A DNA stretch of 64,000 nt, taken from positions 1-64,000 of IMG/VR virus record IMGVR_UViG_3300042446_001732. The stretch is one strand, 5' to 3'. Numbering within the stretch: the first letter of the stretch is position 1; the number at the start of each line of letters is the position of its first letter. Of the stretch, positions 21,101-31,900 are shown piece after piece. The position numbers and the translations under genes were made by a program. The notes beneath the pieces were generated by a model. The model did no database searches. It was not told the origin of the DNA and worked only from the letters and a program-made list of their open reading frames with translations. Source of the DNA: a virus.

Positions 21101-24100
21101 GGCAACGTTGTAAGTGCATTGGTTTCAGCTGCAAACATCACAACCACTGCTAATATCAGCGGCGGCTTTATTCTTGGCAATGGATCACTGTTAACAGGTA
21201 TTCCTGCAAGTTATGGTAATGCCAACGTAGTTGCCAATTTGGCTGCGTTAGGGTCAAATCCAATAGTAACTACTAGCAACATCACTGGTGGCAATATCTT
21301 GACTAGCGGCACAATAACTGCGTCTGGCAATATTACCGGTAGCTATTTCTTAGGCAACGGCGCTTTACTATCAGGCATTGCAGCAGGAACACCTTCAAAG
21401 ATTCAAAACGGTACCAGTGAAGCCAACATTGGTGTCAGTGGCGGAAATGCAAACATTTCAATTGGTGGTACTGCCAACGTTGTAGTTGTGGCTACCACTG
21501 GAATCGCAATCACTGGCCTAGCATCTGCTTCAGGCAACATCACTGGCGGCAACATTGCTACTGGCGGTCTTGTTACTGCAACTGGAAATTTAAACACCAC
21601 GGCAGGTGTACTAGCAACAGGAAACGTGCAGGGTGGTAATGTTATTAGTGTTGCGTTGATACAGGGTGCAACAGTCAGTGCCACTGCTAATGTTATTGGT
21701 GGAAATTTAAACACTGCTGGATTGATTGCTGCTACTGGTAATATTACAGGTGGTAACCTGAATGCCACAGGGTTGAGTCTAAGTGGAAACGTTGTGAGTG
21801 CGCTAAACGTAACTGGCAACGTAGCAGGTGGTAATGTTAACACAGCTGGACAAGTAAGTGCCACTGGCAACGTCACTGGCGGTAACATTATTACCTCAGG
21901 GTCTGGTGGAAACATCTCTGGTGCCAATGTAATTTTGGCAACCACTCTCAGTGCCACAGCCAATGTGATTGGCGGCAACGTTACCACTGCTGGATTGATA
22001 ACTGCTACAGGTAACATTACCGGCGCCAATATCAACGGCAATGGATCTGGACTTAGCGCACTAACTGGTGCTAATGTCACTGGTACAGTGGCCAATGCCA
22101 CATTTGCAACTTCAGCTGGCAGTGCAACAACTGCTACTAGTGCAACTACTGCAACCACAGCTGGTACAGTAACAACAAATGCACAGCCAAACATCACATC
22201 AGTTGGCACGTTAACATCAGTAAATGTTACAGGCAACATCAATGGTGGCAATGTAAACAGCACATTTTTTGGTTCAGGTGCAGGATTAACATCACTAACT
22301 GGCGCCAACGTTACAGGCACTGTGGCCAATGCCACATTTGCTACATCAGCTGGCAGTGCAACCACTGCTGCCACTGCTACCACAGCTGGTACAGTGACAA
22401 CAAATGCACAACCCAACATCACATCAGTTGGTATTTTGACTTCAGTAAGTGTAAGTGGAAATGTTACTGGCGGTAATTTAGACACTGCTGGATTGATCAC
22501 TGCTATTGGCAACATCACTGGCGGCAACATCAACGGCAATGGATCAGGACTTAGCTCCATAACCGGTGCTAATGTCACAGGCACAGTGGCCAATGCTACA
22601 TTTGCTACATCAGCTGGCAGTGCAACCACTGCTGCCACAGTAACCACAAATGCACAACCTAATATTACCAGTGTTGGTACATTGACCAGTGTCACAGTGA
22701 CAGGAAATGTAGATGGTGGTAATGTCAGTACAGGCGGTTTAATTTCAGCCACTGGTAACATCACTGGCGGCAACATCAACGGCAATGGATCAGGACTTAG
22801 CTCCATAACCGGTGCTAACGTCACTGGTACAGTGGCCAATGCTACATTTGCAACAAGTGCAGGTAGTGCAACCACGGCTGCCACAGTGACTACGGCAGCA
22901 CAACCTAATATCACCAGTGTTGGCACTTTGAGCAGTGTGGCTGTGACTGGCAACGTTGTAGGTGGCAATTTAATAACCAATAGCGGATTTGTGTTTGCTA
23001 CTGGCAACATTACCGGCGGTAATATTCTTACTGCTGCTTTGGTACAAGGTGCATTGGTTTCGGCCACTGGTAATATCATTGGTGGCAACGTAATCAGTCA
23101 AGATATAGTGCAAGGTACCAGTTTAAGTGCAAGTGGAAATGTCACAGGTGGCAACTTGACCACAGGCGGCGTGATCACTGCTACTGGCACCATTACAGGT
23201 GGTAATGTTAGTACTGCTGGATTAATTACCGCTACTGGTAATATCACTGGCGGTAACTTGTTGACTGGTGGCTCAATCACTGCCACTGGCGGCGTACAAA
23301 CAGCCAATGTCAATTCAAGCGGTTTTGTAACTGCTACTGGCAATGTAACTGGTGGGAACATAATCACAGGTGGATTAGTTACAGCAACTGGCAACGTTAC
23401 TGGTGGAAATGTTACCACAGGTGGCCTGGTAGTTGCAACGGGCAATATTGCCGGCGCCAACATATTTGCAACAGGTGATGTCAGCGCCACTGGTAATCTA
23501 AACGCAACTGGCAATGTCAATGCCACTAACTTTGTTGGTACCTTGGTTGGCAACATTGCACTGACAGGCAGCAACAGTCAGGTATTGTTTAATCTCAACG
23601 GAGTTATTGGCAGCGACTCAGGTATTGTGTATGATTATATTGCCAATGCCCTTACAGTAGGTGGCAATGTTTCCACAGCCAATGGCGGTAGCTTGAACGT
23701 GTCTGGATTGATTAGTGCAAGTGGAAATATTACTAGTGTTGCCAACATTGCCGGCGGCAATATCAGTTCAAGCGGACAAATTGTTGCAACTGCTAATATT
23801 ACTGGCGGCAATATTCTTACTGCTGCTTTGGTACAAGGAGCCACAGTAAGTGCAACTGGCAACGTTGTTGGCGGCAATGTCAGCACAGGTGGATTAGTTA
23901 CAGCTACCGGCAATATTGCAGGTGGCAATGTTAATACAGGTGGACTAGTTAGTGCTACCGGCAATATTGCAGGTGGCAATGTTACAACTGCTGGTGCAAT
24001 CTCAGCTATTGGCAATATCAACGGCGGCAATATTACCACTGGCGGAATTGCACAAGCACTGACAATAAGTGCAACAGGCAATGTGATTGGTGGCAATGTT

Positions 24101-24550
24101 AATACCGGTGGTGTAGTAAGTGCTACTGGCAACGTTGCAGGTGGCAATGTTACAACTGGCGGATTGATCTTAGCTACTGGCAATATTACAGGTAGCAATC
24201 TCAATACAGGTGGATTAGTAAGTGCAACAGGCAACGTTGTTGGTGGTAATGTCAGCACAGGTGGATTAATAACAGCCACTGGCAATATTACTGGTGGCAA
24301 TGTTACAACTAGCGGAATTGCACAAGCACTGACAATAAGCGCAACAGGCAACGTAATTGGTGGCAATGTCAATACAGCGGGGTTAAGTTTAACAGGCAAT
24401 GTGCTGAGTGTGTTGAATTCTACTTCAAATATCAACACCACGGGCAACATCACTGCCAATAATATAACAGGTACAACTAGCATAAGTATTAACGGACAGA
24501 CATTGGCCACAGTCGATGACGCAACTGCCCTGGCAATAGCATTAGGATAA
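18173..24550 (+). CDS. Giant (2125-aa) baseplate-anchored fibre-like repeat protein
   Basis: N-terminal IGAEANDGTGEPLRDAF..VN.NF (T4 gp9/gp10-type motif), then dozens of ATGNITGGN repeats. Confidence 0.75.
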   Translation: MTQQIIDIGAEANDGTGEPLRDAFNAVNENFTEIYTAGPVGSNVVISGNTIAVTGINNNLVLKANGIGNIQANSSIVPSIDAVYNLGSSTLRFNTVNAGFFVGNGSQLTGVTAAAATSIANGTSNVSVASSSNVTINIQNTSNTVVFGRLNSTFSGNILPAANVTYNLGSATAAWKDAYFSNSTIYLNNAGISANATAFSFSTPGGGTTILQGNGVIAPYANSNVTAYLPTYSGNLASLTGPVTTTGNITGAYIIGNGSQLTGLAATYGNSNVAAYLPTYSGNLVSLTGPVTTTGNVGANYFIGNGSQLTGLPATYGNSNVAAYLPTYSGNIGSLTATGNITVVNGIFSGNGSGLTGVIASGNVGAASKLQNGTTEFNIPVANGNVVGNIGGVTNVYTFASTGMSVVGNVTANYLIGNGSQLTGLPASYGNANVVANLAALGSNPVSTTGNVTAGYFVGNGALLTGVAASYGNTEVATLLAAFGSNTISTTGTVTAGNVTGGNLLTAGLISATATITGGNVFTGGLIVATGNVTGGNFVTGGAVSASGNLSAIGNVTGGNITTAGLISATGNVTGGNITTAGLISATGNVTGGNIATAGQITATGNITTTANISGGNLSVSGAFAPASMTATGNVAGGNLTTAGVVSAAGNIITAGYFVGNFAGNITGNLVVPGSNTQVLFNNQGNAGATAGLTFDTAGPNLLAVGGNVQAGNLTTAGLVSAGGNVDAGNLNTAGWVVATGNINTLANVNGANLVASGLITAVGNISGGNLNAAGQVSATGNITGGNILFGIFKLLGTGEAQVGNLTVTNGPGTGNIVAGNIISATGNILTGSNVSATANVIGGNLVTGGLISAAGNITGGNILAGGVGTQISTGGNVNGAAFNGSVYFGTGIVTGTGNVTGGNIAVSGVLLSTNTVSATGNVVGGNINTGGNVSTSGNVIAQDIRVGPGITGGTISALGNITSANTLNAVGLSLSGNVVSALVSAANITTTANISGGFILGNGSLLTGIPASYGNANVVANLAALGSNPIVTTSNITGGNILTSGTITASGNITGSYFLGNGALLSGIAAGTPSKIQNGTSEANIGVSGGNANISIGGTANVVVVATTGIAITGLASASGNITGGNIATGGLVTATGNLNTTAGVLATGNVQGGNVISVALIQGATVSATANVIGGNLNTAGLIAATGNITGGNLNATGLSLSGNVVSALNVTGNVAGGNVNTAGQVSATGNVTGGNIITSGSGGNISGANVILATTLSATANVIGGNVTTAGLITATGNITGANINGNGSGLSALTGANVTGTVANATFATSAGSATTATSATTATTAGTVTTNAQPNITSVGTLTSVNVTGNINGGNVNSTFFGSGAGLTSLTGANVTGTVANATFATSAGSATTAATATTAGTVTTNAQPNITSVGILTSVSVSGNVTGGNLDTAGLITAIGNITGGNINGNGSGLSSITGANVTGTVANATFATSAGSATTAATVTTNAQPNITSVGTLTSVTVTGNVDGGNVSTGGLISATGNITGGNINGNGSGLSSITGANVTGTVANATFATSAGSATTAATVTTAAQPNITSVGTLSSVAVTGNVVGGNLITNSGFVFATGNITGGNILTAALVQGALVSATGNIIGGNVISQDIVQGTSLSASGNVTGGNLTTGGVITATGTITGGNVSTAGLITATGNITGGNLLTGGSITATGGVQTANVNSSGFVTATGNVTGGNIITGGLVTATGNVTGGNVTTGGLVVATGNIAGANIFATGDVSATGNLNATGNVNATNFVGTLVGNIALTGSNSQVLFNLNGVIGSDSGIVYDYIANALTVGGNVSTANGGSLNVSGLISASGNITSVANIAGGNISSSGQIVATANITGGNILTAALVQGATVSATGNVVGGNVSTGGLVTATGNIAGGNVNTGGLVSATGNIAGGNVTTAGAISAIGNINGGNITTGGIAQALTISATGNVIGGNVNTGGVVSATGNVAGGNVTTGGLILATGNITGSNLNTGGLVSATGNVVGGNVSTGGLITATGNITGGNVTTSGIAQALTISATGNVIGGNVNTAGLSLTGNVLSVLNSTSNINTTGNITANNITGTTSISINGQTLATVDDATALAIALG
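19850..19956 (+). repeat. Near-exact 51-bp in-frame tandem duplication
   Basis: AACATTACCACAGCCGGGTTGATCAGCGCAACTGGCAACGTCACAGGTGGC occurs twice in tandem. Confidence 0.9.
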
Positions 24551-24554
24551 ACAA

Positions 24555-24887
24555 ATGGCAAATACATTCACAAGAAAACTCAGCAGAGGAGTTGGAACCA
24601 CAGCAGCAGCTATAGGCAGCTATACCGTGGCTGCCAACACAACTGTTGTGATTGTTGGACTTACAGTGACCAACACATCTGGCAGCGCTATAACTGCCAA
24701 CGTATTCATCTATGATGGTGCGGCCAACACTTCAGTTGTGACCAATGCACCCATCAGTTCAGGTGCAAGTTTGGTGCCAATTGGCGGCGATCAAAAGATT
24801 GTGCTGCTCACAGGTGACTCTCTTCGAGTGCAAAGCAGCGCAGCATCCAGTGTTGATGCTATTTTAAGCATAATGGAAATCACCTAA
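24555..24887 (+). CDS. Small beta-rich virion protein
   Basis: 110-aa ORF inside the fibre operon. Confidence 0.65.
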   Translation: MANTFTRKLSRGVGTTAAAIGSYTVAANTTVVIVGLTVTNTSGSAITANVFIYDGAANTSVVTNAPISSGASLVPIGGDQKIVLLTGDSLRVQSSAASSVDAILSIMEIT

Positions 24888-27800
24888 TGAGCTATATTGG
24901 CATCAACCCTAATACACCGTTACTGAACACAAGTACGCAGTTTTTTAGCGGTAATGGTGCAGTAACGCAATATACCCTGGGTCGTGCTGTGGCATCGGCC
25001 AGTGACCTAGATGTCTTTGTTGGTGCAAATGCACAGGTACCAGGTGTGGATTATGTTGCTGGCAATACCACTATTATTTTTACAGTGGCGCCCGGAGTAG
25101 GCAGTGACAATGTTGCAATTACCTATCGCGGTGGTGCCTTAAACACACTTGACCTAACAGCCACAGTGTTCAATGCAGGATCAGTTGGCAATCCAAGCGT
25201 GTATAGTCTAGCAGCAAACAACACTGGCGTGTACTGGCCCAATGCACAAACCATGGCAGTGACAGTGAGCGGGGCCAATCGTGCCTTGTTCAATGCCACA
25301 GCAACTTCAACCAATTCTACCACTGGTGCCATTACCACTGTGGGCGGCATTGGTGTAGGCGGAAACATCAACACTGGCGGCCAAATCAATGTTGGAAGCA
25401 CAGTTGAAAGTGCAAATATTGCCACAGGCGCTCTTACAGTAAATGGTGGCGCCGGCATTGTCGGCAACTTGAATATTGGCGGCGACATTACCTGTGTGGG
25501 CGACTTTACCGTCAACGGAACTTTTACCACAACAGGCACAGACAGTCTGGACGTGAACGATCCGTTTATCTTTTTGGCCAATGCCAACCCAGGCGACACC
25601 TACGACTCAGGTGTGATTACTCAGTACTACGATGGTGCTAACACTCGATATTCAGGTTACTTTAGAGACGTAACAGATGGCAAGTACAAGCTGTTTGGAA
25701 ACTTGCTGACAGAACCAACCACCACAGTGGACACAGGCAACGTTAGTTTTGCCTACAATGATTTGATACTGGCCAACCTAAGTGCAACAGGCAACGTTAA
25801 CGGCACTTACATTCTTGGCAACGGCGCTTTGTTGTCAGGTATTTCATCTGATCAAAGTCAGATTTTTAGTGGCAACAGCAAAGTAACATTTGCTGGTGTC
25901 AACGGCAATATTATTGCCAATGTCAACAATACCACAATTGCAGTGATATCCAGCACTGGTATAGCAGTTACTGGAGTAGCATCTGGAACAACGCTGAGTG
26001 CTAGTGGCAATATCACTGGTGGTAATTTGATCAGCAACGGATCGCTTACTGCTGTTGGCAACATCAACAGCACTGTTGGCAATCTCAGCATGGGTAATGT
26101 TATTAGTGCAGGTGTAGTTTCAGCAACAAGCAACATTACTGGCGGAAACTTGATCACAGCCGGATTGATCACTGGCGGAAACATTGGCACTGGTGGTATT
26201 GTGACTGCCGCAGGCAATGTAACTGGCGGCAATATTAACACAACTGGCATACTGACTGTGGGATCCACAGTCAGTGCCACAGGTAATATTACAGGTAATT
26301 TCTTCCTGGGCAACGGTAGTCAGCTTACTGGCATTGATGCTACCAGCATCCAAAGTGGCACCAGTAATGTTCGTGTGGTTAGTTCTGGCGGTAATGTTGC
26401 TGTTAGTGTTGGCGGCGTTTCTAACATAGCAGTATTTGACACAACAGGAGAATTTGTAACTGGCTTGATCAGTGTGACTGGCAACGTCACTGGTGGCAAT
26501 ATCATCACCTCTGCACTAATACAAGGTGCTACATTAAGTGCCACTGGCGCAGTTACTTTTAGTACCACAACAGGCACAATTGGTCTTGGAACCAGCCAAA
26601 CAACAGGAACAACCACAATTGGTGGCGCAACACAAACTGGATTTATACAAGTAGGTCGGTCAACGCTGAATCAAGGTATTTTTATTGGCAACGGTGTCAC
26701 AGCATCTGCCAACACAAAAACACTCAGTATTGGTGAAAACGGTGGGGCAGGTTCTACCACAACCATTGGGATTGGTGCCGCATTAGGTGCAGGCTCAGCA
26801 ACATTTAACGCTGCAACTCCTGTAACAATTGCCAACACTGGCGGCAGTGCCCTAAGTGTTGCAGGCAATATCACCGGCGCCAATATTAGCACGTCAGGCG
26901 CAAGTGGCAACATCACTGGTGCCAATGTTGTATCAGCCACCACATTTACTGGCACCACAGTGAGTGCCACAGGCAATGTCACAGGCGGCAATATTATCAC
27001 CGCAGGTGTAGTGATTGCTGCGGCAGGAACTATATCAGCGTCAGGCACCGTCACTGGTGGAAATCTTGTGACCAACGGATTCATCACAGCAGGACAGTAT
27101 GTGTCTGCTACAGGCAACGTCACAGGCGGCAATATCAACACAGCAGGTCTAGTTAGTTCAACAGGCAATATCACAAACGGTATTGCCAACGTGCTGACTG
27201 GAAATGCAATTGTTACCACACTGGTTCAGGCAGCAAGAGTCAGTGCCACAGGCAACGTCAACGCCACTGGAAACATCAGCGGCGGCAATATTGCAATTAC
27301 TGGCAATGCATCAGCGGCCACTGCCGCAGCAGATACCAACACCACTCAACTGGCCACCACAGCATATGTAATTGGTCAAGCCAGTGCCACTACTCCAACC
27401 AGTATTGGAACAAACACTGTTGGAACCAGCACAAGATATGCCAGAGCAGATCACACGCACACTGGTGTAACCAGTGTCAACGGATCATCGGGCGCTGTTA
27501 CTGGCATTGCTACCACTGCTGGTAATCTGGCACAATTTGCTGCCACCACAAGTTCACAACTAGCCGGTGTTATTTCAGACGAAACCGGCACAGGTAACCT
27601 GGTATTTGCCAATACTCCAACTCTGGTCACTCCTGTAATTGGCGCAGCAACAGGTACAAGTTTGAGTGTCAGTGGCAACGTGACCACTGCTGGTATTGCC
27701 CTGGGTACTGGCAATCTTGTGGGCGGCAATATAACTGCAACCCATTTTGGATCAGGTGCAGGACTAACCTCACTTACTGGTGCCAACGTCACTGGCACTG

Positions 27801-28546
27801 TGGCCAGCGCGACCACAGCTGGTACAGTGACCACAGCAGCTCAGGGAAATATCACCAGTGTTGGTACACTGACTACACTAACAGTCAGTGGTACAATTAC
27901 AGGCAGCGATATAACCACTTCTAGAGCAGCCGCCCCGACCCAAGGTTACTACTATTTTGGAAACACAAATGCAAAATACATTGGGTACGATGGTTCTCAA
28001 TTTATAATAGTTGGGATGGGCACAGTTAGTACTAACAATACTAACCTCACAGTTGGAACAGCCACAGTCACACTGGGCAACATCACAAACGCCAACGGCA
28101 ACGGTGTTGGCAACATTGGTGCCACTGGCGGGTTTTTCAACACAGTATTTGCCAAAGCAACATCAGCACAATACGCTGACTTGGCAGAAAATTACTCAGC
28201 TGATGCTGACTACGCTCCGGGAACTGTGTTGAGTTTTGGTGGCACATACGAAGTCACCTTGTCAACTGAGTCAGCAGATTCAAGAGTGGCGGGCATAGTA
28301 TCTACTCATCCTGCACACTTGATGAACAGCACCCTCGAAGCTGAACATGTGGCTGCCTTGGCCTTGACAGGTCGAGTGCCTGCACTGGTTGTGGGCACTG
28401 TCCGCAAGGGTGATATGATGGTATCAGCAGGCAACGGTCATGCACAGGCCTGTGCTACACCTGCCATGGGCACAGTGATTGGCAAAGCATTGGAAAACTT
28501 TGATGGCAGTCAAGGCATCATTGAAATTGTTGTAGGAAGAATGTAA
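24887..28546 (+). CDS. Tail fibre-like repeat protein with a C-terminal chaperone-like domain
   Basis: Same repeat family and YADLAE C-terminal domain as 15096..18116. Confidence 0.75.
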   Translation: MSYIGINPNTPLLNTSTQFFSGNGAVTQYTLGRAVASASDLDVFVGANAQVPGVDYVAGNTTIIFTVAPGVGSDNVAITYRGGALNTLDLTATVFNAGSVGNPSVYSLAANNTGVYWPNAQTMAVTVSGANRALFNATATSTNSTTGAITTVGGIGVGGNINTGGQINVGSTVESANIATGALTVNGGAGIVGNLNIGGDITCVGDFTVNGTFTTTGTDSLDVNDPFIFLANANPGDTYDSGVITQYYDGANTRYSGYFRDVTDGKYKLFGNLLTEPTTTVDTGNVSFAYNDLILANLSATGNVNGTYILGNGALLSGISSDQSQIFSGNSKVTFAGVNGNIIANVNNTTIAVISSTGIAVTGVASGTTLSASGNITGGNLISNGSLTAVGNINSTVGNLSMGNVISAGVVSATSNITGGNLITAGLITGGNIGTGGIVTAAGNVTGGNINTTGILTVGSTVSATGNITGNFFLGNGSQLTGIDATSIQSGTSNVRVVSSGGNVAVSVGGVSNIAVFDTTGEFVTGLISVTGNVTGGNIITSALIQGATLSATGAVTFSTTTGTIGLGTSQTTGTTTIGGATQTGFIQVGRSTLNQGIFIGNGVTASANTKTLSIGENGGAGSTTTIGIGAALGAGSATFNAATPVTIANTGGSALSVAGNITGANISTSGASGNITGANVVSATTFTGTTVSATGNVTGGNIITAGVVIAAAGTISASGTVTGGNLVTNGFITAGQYVSATGNVTGGNINTAGLVSSTGNITNGIANVLTGNAIVTTLVQAARVSATGNVNATGNISGGNIAITGNASAATAAADTNTTQLATTAYVIGQASATTPTSIGTNTVGTSTRYARADHTHTGVTSVNGSSGAVTGIATTAGNLAQFAATTSSQLAGVISDETGTGNLVFANTPTLVTPVIGAATGTSLSVSGNVTTAGIALGTGNLVGGNITATHFGSGAGLTSLTGANVTGTVASATTAGTVTTAAQGNITSVGTLTTLTVSGTITGSDITTSRAAAPTQGYYYFGNTNAKYIGYDGSQFIIVGMGTVSTNNTNLTVGTATVTLGNITNANGNGVGNIGATGGFFNTVFAKATSAQYADLAENYSADADYAPGTVLSFGGTYEVTLSTESADSRVAGIVSTHPAHLMNSTLEAEHVAALALTGRVPALVVGTVRKGDMMVSAGNGHAQACATPAMGTVIGKALENFDGSQGIIEIVVGRM

Positions 28547-28938
28547 TGGCATATTTAGGTAATACACCGCAAACGGGACAATACCGTAAAATGGATGCTC
28601 TGACCTTTGACGGGATTGTCAGCACGTTTAACATCACTGTGGACGGAGTGGCATTTACGCCTCCCACTGAGTATGCCATGATGGTCAGCTTGAACAATGT
28701 GATACTGAACCCAGGCATAGGTTTTAGTATTTCGGGTGCAACCATAAGTTTTGCATCGCCTCCGGTGGCACTGACACCGTTTTTTGGATTAATTTTTGGC
28801 GACACCTTGTATACCGGTACACCAAGCGATGCCACAGTGACCGACAGCAAAATTGCAGTGGGCACTATCAGTTACGATAAATTCAGTAACAACACACAAG
28901 CGACACTGACAGCTAATCAAATCATATTTGGAGTTTAA
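28546..28938 (+). CDS. Small virion protein related to the N-terminus of the preceding fibre
   Basis: MAYLGNTP..FDG....F..V.LN.V...PG..F parallels MSYIGINP..FSGNG..Y..V.V....Q.PG.DY. Confidence 0.6.
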   Translation: MAYLGNTPQTGQYRKMDALTFDGIVSTFNITVDGVAFTPPTEYAMMVSLNNVILNPGIGFSISGATISFASPPVALTPFFGLIFGDTLYTGTPSDATVTDSKIAVGTISYDKFSNNTQATLTANQIIFGV

Positions 28939-28943
28939 TAAAA

Positions 28944-31900
28944 ATGGCACGACAAAGAATTTACGAATACGTCTTCGCACCTGGTACTTCAGGTTTGGGC
29001 ACTATCAAGGTCCCTGGACGTTATAATCTAGCTGACTTTTTGGCCATTTACAATACCACAGATCAGATCAGCATCTACAATTTTGGTAGCCAAACACAAG
29101 GTGGCACAGTGTCTTGGTCTGGGCAAGGCGGTACAGTGGACTTTCCTTATGCCTATGCTGGTGTGACCACCCTGAACCTGGAGTTTGACACCAGTTTGAT
29201 GAGCAGCAGTGACAAGCTCAGTGTGTATGTTGAAAGTCAAGATATTGAAACTCGCCCCTGGTCATTTGGTCTGGATGCCATTGGTCGTTCGCGAGTATCA
29301 AATCCCGAATCCTTGATTGACGCTGACTTTGAATACGGCTTGCAAAATACCAAATGGCAAAACGTTGCTTTGACCAACAATATCCCCAATTTCTACGAAG
29401 ACATTGGTCTGGACATTGCATACAACACTGATGGATATGTGAGTTTGATCTCGGGTGATGATGTTATTACCAGCAACGTAGACACATCAGTTCGACTAAG
29501 CAATCCAGGAACTCCCACCTGGCAAGCCAACAGTTACGGTTTGATAGTAAGTCAAACACAAGGCAATACTACTCCATTTGTCACATCCTCTGTGACTGCC
29601 AACATTGACAGTAGTGCAGAACGCACATTTCCTGTGATCAGCACCACTGGATTTGCTGCCAACGACAATGTGTTGCTAATTGGGCGTCCAGCCAGCGTGA
29701 CCACAACTACTGCTGTGGCAATCACCAGCACAGCCACTACCACAGTGGTTCTTACCAGTGCAGCAGGCATTGTGGATGGTTCATACATAATTGTAGAAAC
29801 AGACACTGCTGGAGTTTACGAAACCATGGCAGTGACCAACGTGGCTGTCAACACACTAACAGTCACTCGTCAGACCAACAATACCAACGGTGCAGGCGCC
29901 AATATTGCCAGCGGCAATGATGTACACATAGTCAGTTCGTTGGAAATGGCTCGAGTGTTTGAAGTCACAGACGGCACCACATTACAGTTGACCCGTGGTT
30001 GGTACAACACAACACCTGCAAACACATTGGAAATTGGTTCAGTCATACAAAAAATGTCCGGCAACGTGGAGCTGGTTAATATGACTGCTGTCAGCACAGC
30101 AGTGAATGGCGTGCAAACTATCACACGTGGACAGTTCAACACCACTGCACTGTCAGTTGCTGGCGCTGGATCTCCTGTGATTCGCATGACTGGTGTATTT
30201 TATAGCAGTGGATCAAACGCACTACCTGAAGTCACAGTAAATGCTGAAGCATCAGGTGTTGCTGCTGGAGATTATGTCACTGCTCTCAACACACAAAACT
30301 CCAACACCGAAGGTGTCAACTTTGTGAGTCAGGCCAACACTGACAATTTTAGTTACTATCCTCGTCGTGGACCAAATCTTGCCGCTGGATATCCACTCAA
30401 TCAGACTGATACCAGTATTCGTCAAGCATTTGCATACACCGGTGCTGACCTTGACATTGCGTCCATTACCAGTGACGGCGGCAATCCCAGCACCATCACA
30501 GTGACCACAACATATGCCCACGGTCTAGTGCCTGGCACACCTATACTGGTAAATCTAAGTTCAGGTAGCAACCAGTCCTATGCTGAAGGCAGCTTTTTTC
30601 TAATCAGTGTGCCCAGCACAACAACATTTACCTACACTGCCAAAACAGGTGCAGCGGTCAGCGGTTCCTTGGCAGGCATAATCAATGTGCGGTCAAACGC
30701 AACATTCTTGCCAAGACCGTTTGACGGTGGTGTTATCATGAGTTCTGGTTCGCCCACACGCGGCGCAACCGCAGTGCGTCAGACCAAGAAATACTTTCGT
30801 TACCAGTCTGGTAAAGGTATTTTGTTTTCATCAGGTACCATGCTCAAGCCAACGCTTGACATATTTGCATTGTCCGCTGACGGAACTGTGGCCAACAGCA
30901 ATATCACTGTCACAACAGATTTTGAGCACGGCCTCAATGCCGGGGCCACAGTGACCATCTCAGGCATCACTACCAGTGGCTACGACAACTCTGGATACAT
31001 TGTTACCAGTATTACCAGTGACGTCAGCTTTGTGGTACAAGCACAAGAAACGCTGGGCAGTGTTACCCCCGAACTGGGAATTCAGCCACGCTTGAACATA
31101 ACCAACTGGCACGGAAGTGCAATTCGTGCTGGTATTTTTGATGATCAAAACGGCCTGTTCTGGGAAGCAGATGGCATCAGCCTGAATGTAGTGCAACGCA
31201 GCAGCACATTCCAGGTGGCCGGCCTGGTCAGTGTGGGCGCAGGTTCTAATCTTGTGACCGGTGACGGCACATGCAGATTTCAGGATCAGTTGAACAACGG
31301 TGACGTGGTAGTGATCAGAGGAATGACTCACACTGTGACGTCTGTGCTAAATCAGAATCGTATGACTGTGATTCCACCGTTCCGTGGCATAAACAATCAA
31401 AATCGTGTGAAGATGAATTTGCGCAATGAACAACGTATTCGTCAAGTCGATTTTAACATTGATCCGCTGGATGGCACTGGAGTCAGCGGTTACACCATTG
31501 ACGCAAGCAAAATGCAGATGTTGATGGTTGAATACAGCTGGTACGGTGCCGGCTATGTTCAGTTTGGTGTTCGCGGACAAAATGGCGATTTCATAATGGG
31601 ACATCGTATTCCCAACAACAACCGCAACAATGAAGCGTACATGCGTTCGGGCAACTTGCCTGCACGATATGAAGCCATCAACGAAACTCCTGTGTCAAGC
31701 CTGGACGGTGCAATTAATGATGCAGTTACCACAATTAGCCTGCGAGATGCCACCGACTATCCTGCTGCCAGTGTGACTTATCCTGTGTTTGTGATGATTG
31801 ATTCTGAAGTGATCAAATATTCAGGCAAATCAGGCAATAATCTAACAGGATGCACTCGAGCAGCAACATTCACCCAGTGGGTGGAAGGCCAAAGTCGTAG

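Noticed and set aside
15167-27834. Long minus-strand ORFs rich in LPPVTLPVA
   Set aside because: They are antisense shadows of the Gly/Asn/Thr repeat codons and lack their own expression signals.
15096-28546. CRISPR array or diversity-generating retroelement
   Set aside because: The repeats are in-frame and degenerate, with no unique spacers, no adenine-specific variant pair and no cas or reverse transcriptase gene in the window.
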